A stretch of 64,000 nt of DNA from the human T2T-CHM13v2.0 reference genome, Homo sapiens (GCF_009914755.1 NC_060935.1), one strand, 5' to 3'. Positions 37,396-57,561 are shown, counted from the stretch's first letter. The notes: generated by a model from the sequence alone, not told the origin. Program-made: numbers and translations.

Positions 37396-39159
37396 CAAAA
37401 CAGTAATATTTTAAAGTATTGCCCTTAATATGTCATAACTCTAAGATATAAAAATGGAAATTCTACAAAATGATCAAAGAAAGCTACTTATAAAGGATTA
37501 AATGTGCAAATGATTCCTTCTGCGCCAACTATTATTACAAATAAAGCTCCAGATCAAAGGGTAGATCTTCTTTAAGTAGATTATGCTCATAGATAAAACA
37601 GACTAATGAATTTTACAGTAGTTTTCTGTTGGGTCAATAATCTATAGATTAATTCTCCTTTATTTCTAGTGACTAAGTTTTCCTTGCTACTTATGCTTTT
37701 CTCTATAACTGACAAAAATTTACATAATGATATACAATTTCTTTTTTTCATAGTTTGTATTTATTGGGCACCTAATTTATATAAGATCTCGTTCTTGGTC
37801 TTGTGGAAATAGAGGGTAGATATACAAAAAAATATCAACCAGAGTCTCTAAAAAATACAATCTAACATAAAATGTGACACAGATAAACGAAGTATACAAA
37901 GTGCTACTGGCTCAAAGAAGGGAGAGATGATCTCCAGCAAGGTAAAAAATGAAGAGTCCATAAAGGGATTTCACTTAAAATTGGCAGAAGCTGGAAGGAA
38001 AAGCATTCCTGTAACAGCTATGGTCCTAAGGCAAGAGTGTTTGTGGAGGCAGGAGGTCAAAATGTTCAGAATTTTATTGTAAGCTCATTTCTTATGAGCT
38101 TCTTAAGCTTATATTTTTTATTTTTAAGTCTAATACATAAAATACTAAAAGCCTAGTTCTTTCACCTTACTGTACTGTCCTTCTTAGGTTCTCGCCTGTA
38201 CTGTGCTGATTCAGATTTCTTCTTGCACAAGCTTGTTCCCCATCTCATAGAGTCAGCATGACTTTGCTAGGGAAGTGACAAACTACTTTCACTCTGATCA
38301 AATTTTGACCTTGGCCTTCCTCAGGTACACAATTACCTAGTTCCCTGCTCTTCTTTCTTCCTATTGTGCCTTATAACTTCCCATTATATTTAGCATATTT
38401 AGCGCCCCTAGGTTTAGCACTGAGTTGCTTTTCACATTAGATTTCTCAAGGACTTACTATTGTAGCCCAAATAGAGAAAAAATTAAACAAATTATGAAAT
38501 TCCTATTTATATATTCCTTCATTCTACAAATGACAATTGATTCTTCGGTTATAAGCAGCACTCTTATGAATAATGATGCATATAAGTTGCTAATGTATAC
38601 CATCACTTTTTTGCCACTTAGTCAAAACTATTTACTAAAGCAAGCAAGGAGTCCTGTGCCATCATGGAGAGCGTGTGGAGCTAACCACCCTACAGCTTGC
38701 TTCTGCTCATCAAGGAAATCAAGAACCTGCTGGTTTTGTCCCTGCTCACCTAACATCTCACTTCTTTTTCCTCATCACAATACTGCTAATTCCACCTAAT
38801 AGAATCCCTTATGCTTGTGTGTAGCCCGTTCCTACCACCTTGCTTTCAAATGCTGACCCATACCTCAAGAAGCTCTCCCTCTCTATATGTTTCATTTGCA
38901 GTGTAAATAAGGCACTATTCATGAATGCTGGTTTTGTCTATAGTGCTACTGATATTACTGTATCAACCAAAAACAGAACTATAAGTCTGATTGTAAAAAT
39001 TACAGTCCATATAGAATCATGCTATCCACCTCTACACTGCTCGTAGATCCAAACCATCCCCTCACAATCCTTGCAACTTTTTCATCCCCCTGAAATTGAG
39101 GCTGCTTTTTTAAATCAAAAGTACTCAAGACTTTAAAACATTACTTCAATCACGGTAAC

Positions 39160-39737
39160 TTTTTTTTTAATTTTTGGGGGTATATAGTAGGTGTATATAT
39201 TTATGGGATACATGAGATATTTTGATGCAGGCATGCAATGTGTAATAACCACATCAGGATAAATGGGGTATCCATCACCTCAAACATTTATCCTTTGTGT
39301 TATAAACAATTCAATTATACTCTTTTAGTTATTTTTAAATGTACAATTACATGATTATTGACTACTGTCACCCTGCAGTGCTATCAAATACGAGTTCTTA
39401 TTCATTCTATTTTTTGTACCAATTAACCACCCCCACTTCCCCACCCCACCCCACACCACTACGCTTTCCAGCTCTGGTAACCATCCTTCTACCCTCTATC
39501 TCCATGAGTTTACTTGTCTTAGTATTTTAGCTCCCAGAAATAAGTGAGAACATACTAAGTCTGTCTTTCTGTGCCTGGCTTATTTCACTTAACATAATGA
39601 TTTCAGGTTCTAACTATGTTGTTGCAAATGACAGGATCTCATTCTTCTATATGGCTGAATAGTACTCCATTGTATATATGTGTCACATTTTCTTTATCCA
39701 TTCATGTGTTGACAGACACTTAGGTTGCTTCCAAATT
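39160..39737 (-). mobile_element. L1MA (MA2-like) 3' fragment
   Basis: gtaggtgtatatatttatggg..catgagatattttgat 3'UTR. TSD a(c/t)ggtaactt. Confidence 0.8.
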
Positions 39738-41862
39738 TATGGTAACTTCTATTTTTTGATAAATGACTATAATTATTATTAACACATTTTCTACAAATTT
39801 TCTATTTCATTTTAACACAATAACAGATTAAACCTTTGTGGGTTAGCCTGGAAACTTAGCCATCATGAATAAAACCACTCTATGGGGGAAAAAAATCTGA
39901 GCTGTAAAAAATTAAACTAAAACTAATTTATAGATTCTATTTGGAGATGCTTGCCAATTCCTGAGGAAACAACAGATAGACTGAGTGGGATGTTACTGAT
40001 AGCCTCCAGGGATCATGCGGATAAGAAATACAGTCTAAAGTCCACCAAGGTTGAGTACCTCAGGAGCCTTATTACATTGAGGTAGAACTCTGAAGGACTT
40101 CCAACCTACAGCAATAGGCATCAAATCATCTCATTCTCTAAAATTGAGTTGACGTGATCCTGGACTGGTTATACCCACAGGCGCTAGCAGGAACAAACAT
40201 AATCCTTCTCTGAATGTTGATGACACCATCCTGGACCTCAGATTATCTCTGCAAACAATGTTTCAAATATAATGTCTGGCAAACAATTTAATTTTTTTAA
40301 AACAGCCACATGACTAGACAAGCAAACATGAATAAAACCAGGAATATAAACTCACCAACTGAGGCTCCAAACATTAAAGTTATCAGATAGAGACTCTAAC
40401 TATCAAAGAAATACAGACAAGAAAATTATAATAAATGAGAAAACACAAAAAATGAACAAAAGGACATTAAAGACCTGAAAAATGCAATTGCAAAAATTAG
40501 AAACTCAAAGGATGGTCATAATAGCAGATTAAACTCAGCTGAACTGGAAGAGAAGTCAGAAAAATGAACAATTAAAATGCATCCAGATTAAATCAAGGAG
40601 AAAATACAAAATATTGAAAAGAATACAAGAGACATATGGAATAAACAAAATTGACAAACTCTTAGCTATACTAAGAAAAAAAGAGAATACTCAAATAAAA
40701 TCAGAAATGAAAGAAGAGATATTACAGCTCATGCTACAGAAATAAAAAGAATCATAAGAGACTACTACGAACAATTATACGCCAACAAACTGGATAACCT
40801 AGAAGAAACAGAAAAATTCTTAGAAACATAGAACCTACCAAGATAAATTCAAGAAACAGAAAGTCTAAACAGATCTATAACTAGTATGGCAATTGAATCA
40901 TTAATCAAAAACCTCCCAACAATGAAAAGCCCAGGATTATAGACTTCACTGGTGAATTCCAAATTCATTTTATAAGAGCTGCATTAGCCCGATACCAAAG
41001 CCAGATAAAGATACCACGAAAAAGGAAAACTACATGACAATATCTCTGATGAATACAGATGTAAAAATTCTCAACAAAACACTAGCAAACTGAATTCAAC
41101 ATCACATTAAAAGGATCACAAACCATGACCAAGTAAGACTTATCTCTGAGATGCAAGGATAGTTCAACACATGAAAACCAATCAATGTGATACACCATAT
41201 TAACAGAATTGAAAATAAAATCACATCTTTGTCTCAATAGATGCAGAGAAGCATTTGGATAAAATTCAACACTTTTTCATGATAAAAAACAAAAAAACTC
41301 TCAACAAACCAGGAATAGAAGAAAACAATCCCAACGTAATAAAGACCATATATAAAAAGCCCATAGTTAACATCACACTCAAAGGCGTAAAACTGAAAGC
41401 TTTATAAGATCTGGGGCAAGAAAGACATCCTATGTTCATGGATTGGAATAATTAATATTGTCAAAATGCCCACACTGCCCAAAGCAATCTACAGATTAAA
41501 CGCAATCCTTACCAATATCCCAACAGCATTTTTTACAAAAAGAAAGCAATCCTAAAATTCACATGCAACCACAAAAGACCACAAATTGCTAAAGCAATCT
41601 TAAGAAAGAACAAAGCCAGAAGCATCACACTTCCTGATTTGGAAATATATTACAAAGCTACAGTAATCAAGAATATAATACTGCCATAAAGATAAACATA
41701 TTGACTAATGGAACAGAATAGAGATCCCAGAAATAAACCCATGCATATATAGTCAACTGACCTTCAACAAAGATGCTAAGAATACACAATGGAGAAAGAA
41801 CAGTCTCTTCAACAAATGGCACTGGGAAAACTGGATATCCACATATAAAAGAATGAAACTGG

Positions 41863-47971
<6,109 letters not shown>

Positions 47972-48234
47972 GAATGAAATTGGATCTTTATCTAACACCA
48001 CACACAAAAACTCAAAATACTTAAACTCAAGAAATGAAAGTGTAACATTCCTGGAAGAAAATCTGGAGGAAAATCTTTTGATATTGTCTTTGGCCATGAT
48101 TTACTGGATATGACACCAAAAGCACATGCAATAAAAGCAAAAATAGAAAAGCAAGATTACATCAAACTAAAAATCTGCACCACAATGAAAGCAGTCAGCA
48201 AAACAAAAAAAGGCAATCTATAAAACGGGAAAAA

Positions 48235-49830
48235 GCCCTCCCTCTCCCTCTCCCTTTCCCTCTTTCCTCTTTCCTTTCTACGGTCTCCCTCTCCCTCGTC
48301 TCCCCTTTCCACGGTCTCCCTCTGATGCCCAGCCGAGGCTGGACTGTACTGCCGCCATCTCGGCTCACTGCAACCTCCCTGCCTGATTCTCCTGCCTCAG
48401 CCTGCCGAGTGCCTGGGATTGCAGGCGCGCGCCACCACGCCTGACTGGTTTTCGTATTTTTTTGGTGGAGACGGGGTTTCGCCGTGTTGGCCGGGCTGGT
48501 CTCCAGCTCCTGACCGCGAGTGATCTGCCAGCCTCGGCCTCCTGAGCTGCCGGGATTGCAGACGGAGTCTCGCTCACTCAGTGCTCAATGTTGCCCAGGC
48601 TGGAGGGCAGTGGCGTGATCTCGGCTGGCTACAACCTCCACCTCCCAGCTGCCTGCGATGGCCTCCCAAAGTGCCGAGATTGCAGCCTCTGCCCAGCCGC
48701 CACCCCGTCTGGGAAGTGAGGAGCGTCTCTGCCTGGCCGCCCATCATCTGGGATGTGAGGAGCCCCTCTGCCCAGCCGCCCAGTCTGGGAAGTGAGGAGT
48801 GCCTCTTCCCAGCCGCCATCCCATCTAGGAAGTGAGGAGCGTCTCTGCCCGGCCGCCCATCGTCTGGGATGTGGGAAGCGCCTCTGCCCAGCCGCAACCC
48901 CGTCTGGGAGGTGAGGAGCGTCTCTGCCCGGCCGCCCCGTCTGAGAAGTGAGGAGCCCCTCCACCCGGCGGCCGCCCTGTCTGAGAAGCGAGGAGCCCCT
49001 CCGCTGGGCAGCCGCCCCGTCTGGGAAGCGAGGAGCCCCTCCACCCGGCAGCCGCCCCATCTGGGAAGCGAAGAGCCCCTCTGCCCGGCAGCCTCCCCGT
49101 CTGGGAAGTGAGGAGCATCTCCGCCCGGCAGCTGCCCAGTCCGGGAGGTGGGGGGCAGCCCCCGCCAGGCAGCCGCCACTTCCGGGAGGTGGGGGGTGCC
49201 TCCGCCCAGCCACCGCCCCGTCTGGGAGGTGGGGGGCGCCTCTGCCCGGCCGCCGCGTCTGGGAAGTGAGGAGCCCCTCTGCCCGGCCGCCACCCTGTCT
49301 GGGAGGTGTACCCAACAGCTCATTGAGAATGGGCCATGATGACGATGGCGGTTTTGTCGAATAGAAAAGGGGGAAATGTGGGAAAAAGAAAGAGATCGGA
49401 TTGTTACTGTGTCTGTGTGGAAAGAAGCAGACATGGGAGACTCCATCTTGTTCTGTACTAAGAAAAATTCTTCTGCCTTGGGATGCTGTTAATCTATAAC
49501 CTTACCCCCAACCCAGTGCTCTCTGAAACATGTGCTGTGTCCACTCAGGGTTAAATGGATTAAGGGCGGTGCAAGATGTGCTTTGTTAAACAGATGCTTG
49601 AAGGCAGCATGCTCCTTAAGAGTCATCACCGCTCCCTAATCTCAAGTACCCAGGGACACAAACACGGCAGAAGGCCGCAGGGTCCTCTGCCTAGGAAAAT
49701 CAGAGACCCTTATTCACATGTTTATCTGCTGACCTTCCCTCCACTATTGTCCTATGACCCTGCCAAATCCCCCTCTCCGAGAAACACCCAAGAACGATCA
49801 ATAAATACTATAAAATAAATAAATAAATAA
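48235..49830 (+). mobile_element. Full-length SVA (older, SVA_B-like), antisense to STK33
   Basis: CCCTCT hexamers, Alu-like region, GC-rich VNTR (about 48690-49305), SINE-R, AATAAA and an (AAAT)n tail. Perfect TSD aaaacgggaaaaa at 48222-48234 and 49831-49843. Confidence 0.95.
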
Positions 49831-50069
49831 AAAACGGGAAAAAATATTTGCAGACCATATATTTGATAACATATTAACATCTAAATTATATAAGGAACTC
49901 TAACAAGTCAGTAGAAAAAATAAAATAATCTGATTTTTAAACAGGTAAAGGAATTAAATAGGCTTTTATCAAAAGAAGACATACAAATAGCCTACAATAT
50001 ATGAAAATGTGCTCAACATCACTAATTATCCAGGAAATGCAAATCAAAACCATGATGAACTATCTTAAC

Positions 50070-50283
50070 ACAATGTTTAAGGTTAGAAGTGGTTTGAGTT
50101 TTTATTCAGAAGTTTGATAATGTTTTTGTGACCAGAAATATGCCATAATACCATAAATATGCCATATTTCACTCTTATTTAAATCAATTCACCTATTTTG
50201 GTAAAATTGGTTTTGTTTTACTTCATTCACTTAAAGTCAAAGTTTCCAAGAACCTATCAATGACATTAAGTAAGGACTTACTG
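50070..50283. mobile_element. Tigger5/MER47-like terminal fragment
   Basis: Ends in ccaagaacctatcaatgacattaagtaaggacttactg followed by TA. Confidence 0.6.
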
Positions 50284-51606
50284 TACTTAAAAATTTGCCA
50301 ATATGGTCGATCTTATGTTAAATATTTGCATCACAAAAATAATAATAATAGTAATAATAAAGATGCCAAGAGGAAACTTTTTGAGGGGATAGATATGTTT
50401 ATAGCATACACTGCAGTGATGGTTTCACAGCTGTACACTTATCTCCAAATTTATTAAGTTGTACATATTAAATATGTACAGCTGTTTGTATGTCAACTAT
50501 ACCTAAAAAAACTGGTTTTTTAATGTGAAAGAATAAATCTAACAAAAAGATAGAACTTTAAGCAGAAAACTGTAAAGCGTTTTGAATAATATAAAAGAAT
50601 ATGTAAACAAATGGAAGGACATACTATGTTCATAGATTGAAAGATTCAGTATTTTTTAAATGAAGCTCCCCCTAAGCTGATCTAGGGATTCTATAAGATC
50701 CCAATCAAAACTCCAATAGGTGTGTATATGCATATGTGTTGAACAAGCTAATTACAAAATGTATATGGTAATGCAAACTGTCAAGGATAGCCAAAGACAA
50801 TCTTAAAGAAGAAAAAGTGGGAGGACTTTCTCAATCAGCTATCAGCACTTACTTAGCTGTATTAGCACATATAGTATTGGTTTAAGAACAGCCAAACAGA
50901 TGAAATATATAGAACAGTGACACAGAAACAGACTCATGTATATAGTCACTTGATTTAAAACAAAGATGACATTGCAAAGCAGTGAAAAAATTATAGCCTC
51001 TTGAATAAATGGTGGTGAGAAAATTACATATTCATATGAAAGGAAACCCGAATTCTATTCTACACCATACATTAATATTAATTTCAGGCGGATTATAAAT
51101 GTAAACCTGAAAGGCAAAACAATAAAGCTTCCAAAAGAAAACACTAGAAGATGCTTTATGACCCTGGGGTACAAAAAGATTTCTTAAATAAAATGCAAAG
51201 ACGATAAAGCCTTAAGAATTTCTGTTCATCAAAGATACCATTAAGAGAGTGAAAGGAAAAGCCAAAATGGGAAATGACATTTGCAACACGTGATAAAGAG
51301 CTTATATTTAGAATGTATAAAAACTTCCTACAAATTAATTTCAAAAGATAGGCAACATAACAGAAAACTGGAAGAAATAAAAAACTGCAAGGGGGCCTTC
51401 ACAAAAGAGGATACCCAAATGCCAATAAACATAATAAAAAGTGCTAATCTCATTAGCAGTCAGGGAAAAGCATGTTAAAATCACCATAGGATACCACTAC
51501 ACACCCACTCACACAACTAAAGTTATAAAGGCTAGCAAAAGCAAATGTTGGCAAAGAAGCAGAAAAAAGAGAACTCGCATACACTACTACTTAAGAAAGT
51601 TATTTA

Positions 51607-51938
<332 letters not shown>

Positions 51939-52460
51939 CTATTATCTATTAAAGTTAAATATACGCATATCTTATAACTCAAAAATTTCTCTCTTAAGTA
52001 TGTTCCCAACTTAAAAGTCTGCAGATGTGCTCCAAAATACATGTACCTGAATGTTCAGAGCAGGATAATTCATAGCAATAAAAACCTGGAGACAACCCAA
52101 ATGGCCATCAACAGCTGGATGAATACGATGGTATATTCATTCAATGGCTTATTATTCTGCATGTTTGAAAACAACTAGTTATCAAAATTATCAAATACCT
52201 AGGTATAAATCTAATGCAAGATGTGTAAGATATATACACTAAAAACACACACACACACAAAAAGAAAATAACTAGTTATATGTGACATCATTGATGAATA
52301 TTACAAATGATACTGAGCAAAAAAAAAAAAAACCCAGACAAAAATATAGATACTGTAAGATTCTGTTTATATGTTAAAAAAAAAAGGTAAAACTAGAGAC
52401 ACATACCTAGATGGAAAAAAGAAAACAGGTAATTATTGTAAAAGTAAAGACAGAGATTTC

Positions 52461-52766
52461 CTCTTTTTTTTTTTTTTTTGAGATTGAGTCTCACTCTTGT
52501 TGCCCAGGCTGGCGTGCAATGACATAATCTCGGCTCACTGCAAACTCCGCCTCCGGGGTTCATGCAATTCTCCTGCCTCAGCCTGGGATTACAGGTGCCC
52601 GCCACAATGCCCAGCTAACATATATATATATATAGTATTTTTCATAGGAACGGACGGGTTTTCACCATCTTGGCCAGGCTGGTCTAGAAGTCCTGACCTC
52701 AAATGATCCGCCCACCTTGACCTCCCAAAGTGCTGGGCTTACAGGCATGAGCAACTGTGCCCAGCC
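52461..52766 (-). mobile_element. AluS (Sq/Sp-like) with a short internal deletion and a (TA)n linker
   Basis: Alu sequence; cctcagcctgggattac lacks about 12 bp. Confidence 0.88.
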
Positions 52767-53579
52767 AAATTCTAAAAGATAGAGGGAAAGAAAGCTATAC
52801 AAACTGGCTGGGCCCTGAGGCAGGGCTTCTGGCATGTTGACAATGTTCTATTATTGATCTGAGTGATGGGTTACATGAGTGTTCGCTTTGTGATAAATCA
52901 CCAACCTGTACATTTTTGCTTTGTACATTTCTCTGTTTGCTGTTATGTTTCACAAGAAGTGAGTTTTTGTTTTTTTTTTTAACAGTATCCCAAGGTATTT
53001 CCCCAGGAAGAAAAGAGGGTTGGGGTGGAAGACATAAGTAGGCACAGTTCACAAGTAAGCTGTTCCCATGGCAAGAACTTGGAATTAAACAAAATACTGT
53101 GCTTTTCTGAGGGTTTATTTATACAAAACAATACATAGTAAACAGATGGTGGCTCTTAGACCAGAGCAAGATAACCAGAAAAATTATTATATCTAAGAAG
53201 AAGTTTCCATAGACATGAGGCATAGAGAAGAAACAGTAAAATCACAGAAGCAACCACAATAGCAATGACTATATGAGTATTTTCCAGAGGAAACAGCCCA
53301 TTTACCAAAACACTTCCACTACTACATTTCCTCTGACAAGGTAATCCCTATGGTGCTATCATAGAAATAGATGCAAAAGGCAACTATAGATTATCTAATT
53401 AAATATTTGAATTATATAAATTATCCCCATTCTTATTTCATATTCCATACACAACCTTCTAGTTGTAATGTGTTTTTTCATGATGTTTACCTACAGGGAG
53501 AGAATCTACTAGTCAGGTCCATGTAAGTATAATATGCATTGGGTAGTGTTATACATGGATTTCTCATGAGCTTTGTTAG

Positions 53580-54062
53580 TATTGAGAAAGAAAAGTGGCT
53601 CAGAGCAGTCTGAGGAATGCGAGTTATGCAAAAGGTATCAAGCCCAGAGAGTCAGGAGCATGAGACTTCCCTCAGGTTCCCTGTACCCATGCCTGCAAGT
53701 AATTGTTTAAAGGCATTTTGCTTTTTTCTTTCCTTTCCTATAGTTTCCAGACTAGCTGATAAAGTATCTAAAAAGTTACCGTAAGTTGTACAATTGTCCT
53801 TCACCATTATCCTCATATTCCTGGAACCTGTGATACAAAAAACAATGTATAGCCAAACAACTTATGTTATTTTAATGAACCAATGTAAATGATTGGTAAA
53901 CAATTTAGGAACTGCTCCCTAACTTCTTGTTTTCCCACTGGTAACTGCTGCTAATCCAAGCATATACTCAGGGCAACTTCAATCTATAGCTCCTGAGCTT
54001 CAGTTTTCAACCATGGCCCAAATATATTAATTTTGCCTCAGTTTCTTCCCTTAGGTCAATGA
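53580..54062 (+). mobile_element. ERV solo LTR (LTR47-like)
   Basis: Starts tattgagaaagaaaagtggctcagagcagtctgag and ends ttttgcctcagtttcttcccttaggtcaa. Family name from memory. Confidence 0.55.
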
Positions 54063-54369
54063 TATCTATCAGTAATCTTGAACCCAAATATTCTGAGATA
54101 AAGACAAGATAATATTTATATTCCTTTAAGACTAAAGACCAAAACCTGGAACATTAGTCAATTCACGACAGTTATGAAAAAGACCTCTTGGCCTTCTGTG
54201 GCCATATCCCTTTGTATCATGTGCACACGCTTTTCACCTCAAAGCTTTTACGGTGAATTCTGTGGTATGGCTGGAGTATACAGTGCCAGTAGGTGAGTCC
54301 AAAAAAGGCGCATGGAAGACAAACCAAAATGTTTGCATATGAGCCTATTTTAGTTTATTTAAGGAAATA

Positions 54370-54630
54370 ACATGTGCCAGGTAGTGTACTGAACACTTGC
54401 TATAAATTACAATATCATTTAATCTTTACAATACCACTATGTGAGTATTACTAGTGTTATCATTATCCCTGTTTTTTATAATAGCATCATTATCCATTTT
54501 TCAGATGAGGAAACTAAGTCAGTATGGCTATATGGCTTGCCCAAGGTCACATACGTAGTAAACAGCGAAACTAGGGTTTGAATCCCAACAGTCTGATTCC
54601 GTCTTGTTCTTAACCATTAAACTGTTTTCT
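54370..54630 (-). mobile_element. MIR
   Basis: Core ccatttttcagatgaggaaactaag..cttgcccaaggtcaca. Confidence 0.75.
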
Positions 54631-54976
54631 CTGCTACAGTCTAAAACTATTTAGTATAAGAGGCCATCTATTCATCAATAATATTTACAGTGTAGAGACA
54701 AAGATTCTAGGAACATGGCAGCCTGAAAACATAATTGCTGATGCTTCTCCTAACTCCAAACTAACTCTTTTACTTCCTGGGCCAGAGGCAGGTAGGGCCT
54801 AGAGAGTGTGAGTAGAACCTCTGCTCTTATGGGGTCACAGAGAAAGCTAGTGTAAGACAAATTTTTCTCTGCTAAGTCAAAAGATATACTGAGGTCTAGT
54901 GGCAAAGAGCCATAGGACAAGATTCAGAATTCAAGGTTCCTAGGAAAAGCCTGGTCTTGAGAGATTTATGGGCCCC

Positions 54977-55450
54977 TCTGGTAGACATAATAATGCCTCC
55001 CTCCCCCTAAGATATCCAAAAAGCTCACCCTCTGACCCTGGGAATATGTTTCCTTACATGGCAAAAAGCTGTTGTTGATGTGATTATCTGGTGGGCCCTA
55101 AGTAATCACAAGGATCCCTATAAGGAGGGAAAAAAAGGGCAAAGGTAATAGTAGGAGATGTTATAATAGGAGTCTCAGAGTGATACAGTATGAGAAAGAC
55201 TCGTTAAAGATGAAAAAAAGGGACCATAAGCCATGGATCGCAGGTGGCTTCTAGAAGCTGAGAAAGGCAAGGCAATGCATTTTCTTCAAAAGCCCCGAGG
55301 AAGAACACAGGCATGCTGACACCTTCATTTTGGCCCAGTGAAACTGATTTCAGACTTCTGACCTCCAAAACAATAAGATAATACATTCATATTGTTTTAA
55401 GCCACTAAGTTTGTGGTAATTAGTTACGTGAGCAAGAGAAAACTAGTATA
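54977..55450 (+). mobile_element. MaLR solo LTR (MLT1D-like)
   Basis: tggtagacataataatgcc...gacttctgacctcca..tttaagccactaagtttgtggtaat..aaactagtata. Confidence 0.8.
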
Positions 55451-56175
55451 TTCCCCCAAAAAACAGACAGAGCTGGATGTTTTTAAATGAACATGCTGGT
55501 CTTCCTGGCCCAGATGAGCTGGTGCGAGAGGGGGCGGAAAAGGTGTATGAAGTCCTGCCTGCTCCTTAGGATGGAAGAGAGGCTTTGCATCTACAAAGAT
55601 GAGAATGTGGAGAGCATCACACAGTGTCCTGAAATCGAATAAGAATGTGTAGTATCAGTGCAAAATAAGTAATAAAAACCTAATAATAGTCTGAGGCAAA
55701 AATTACCACACTGGTTTTTTTTACACTTAGGTATTAAGGAAGGAGGTATTAAGCATTAAGGTCAGACATGGGGAGATAGCGGACAAAAGAGCATTTAAAT
55801 GTCTCTGGTGGGGAAACAGGAAGTAAAAGCACTCTAAAATAAAAGGAAATTTACTGGTAATGGAAGAAGAGAGGGTCCTGGTGGGGGAAATAGTTGAAAT
55901 TTTATTTTCTTGTACCAGTGGAGAAATGTGTATTTATTACACATGTTGGAAAAATAGGGGGAAAAAAATCTACCACCACCACCACCAAGAATAAAAAAGA
56001 AAAAATTATTTGGAAATTTAGAAACACTTTCAAAATGCTGTGATAAAAAGAATATAAAAACTGAAATTACAAACAGAAGACAAGGAAGAGGAAAATGTTT
56101 CATAGCAAACTTAATAGGATGCCGTGAAAGCCAAACTTAAAGGAAACCTTATAGCTTCAAGCTTCAAAAGCATTT

Positions 56176-56487
56176 CTCTTTTATTTTATTTTATTTTTTG
56201 AGACAGACTCTTGCTCTGTCGCCCAGGCTGGAGGGCAGTGGTGCAATCTCGGCTCACTGCAACCTCTGCCGCCCAGGTTCAAGCAATTCTCGTGCCTCAG
56301 CCTCTCTGAGTTGCTGGGACCACAGGCGCCTGCCACCAAGCCCAGCTAATTTTTCTATTTTTAGTAGAGACAGGGTTTTGCCATGTTGGCCAGGCTCGTC
56401 TTGAGCTCCTGACCTCAGATGATCCGCCCACCTCAGATGATCCTCCCAAAGTGTTAGGATTACAGGCGCGAGCCACCACACCCAGCC
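56176..56487 (-). mobile_element. AluS
   Basis: Alu with TSD tcaaaagcattt at 56164-56175 and 56488-56499. Confidence 0.9.
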
Positions 56488-56816
56488 TCAAAAGCATTTT
56501 TTATGAGGCAAGAAAGATGAAAAAGAAAATTAGTGCTCACTTTTAGCAACTAGGATAGGAACAATTAAATACATAGAAAGTAGGAAGAAAAAAATGAATA
56601 AAGGTAAAGCTTCAATTAATAAAACTTAAACATCTCAAATTGTAAAATGAAGAAATCTAAAAATTGATCTTTGAAATGATTAATAAAATAAATACCCCCC
56701 AACTTTGCTTAAAGGAAACTGAGAGAAAAATATATAAATGATTAGGAGTATAAAAAATTCATAAATACAGGTAAGAAAGATACTAAGGCAATTATAAGAC
56801 AATAGTACTTGCAATT

Positions 56817-57350
56817 TTGCGTGCTATTTACAAATGCTGCATAACAAACTACCCTAAAACTTAGTGGTTTAAAACAATTATTTTATTATGCTCACAGATG
56901 CTTTAGGTCAAGAATTCAGACAGGGCTCAGCTAGGCTGGGTTTGTCATGTGATTACGTTGAGATGACAGCTGGGTTGGAGCTCTGTGAAAGCTCAAATTA
57001 CACTGTTTATCCAAGATGCCAACCAGCTGTCAACAGATGCTGGCGGATGGCAGGAGCTGAGCTGGGAGCTTAGCTTGGCCTATCAATGGGGATGCTCACA
57101 TATGGGCTCTCCAGCATGGAAGACCCAGACTTCTTACATGGCAGTTGAGTTCCCCAGAGTGAGCCTCCCACAGAACCGGGAAAAAGCTGCATAGCCTTTT
57201 CTGAACCAGCCTTGGAAGTCAGCATCACTTCTGCCATCTTCCAGTGGTTGAAGCAGTCATAAGCCTGCCTAGACCCAAGGAAAGTAGGCATAAACTCACA
57301 TCTTGATAGGAATGTCAAAAATTTTGCAGAAATGTTTTAAAACCGCCACA
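56817..57350 (-). mobile_element. MaLR solo LTR (MLT1F/G-like) inside old L1M ORF2 remnants
   Basis: tgctgcataacaaactaccctaaaacttagtggtttaaaacaa...tgttttaaaaccgccaca. Confidence 0.7.
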
Positions 57351-57561
57351 GCAACAAATATGAAGCCTAGAGGAAATAATTTTCTAGCAAAATGTAAATT
57401 CCCAATTATGACCCAAGAAGTAAAAAACTTGGATAGATCAAATGCCACAGAAGAGATAAGAAAAGTGATTAAAGATCAGCCATTAAAATAAATGCATCAG
57501 GCAGTTTCACAGCTGGGGTATATGAAACTTTTAAAGAAGAGAAGTGTAATATTATTTAAAC

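Noticed and set aside
38081-38110. Short hairpin aagctcat-ttctt-atgagctt
   Set aside because: An 8-bp stem is within chance expectation for 64 kb.
38425-38799. 124-aa ORF in unique sequence
   Set aside because: It has a non-ATG start, AT-rich composition and no splice or domain support; this length is expected by chance.
48690-49305. Repeats of about 40 bp that look superficially like a CRISPR array
   Set aside because: These are tandem SVA VNTR units with no unique spacers, in a eukaryotic context with no cas genes.
48574-49446. Long ORFs (290, 228 and 138 aa) that might be a novel gene
   Set aside because: They lie in the GC-rich SVA VNTR, which is poor in stop codons, and the peptides are repetitive.
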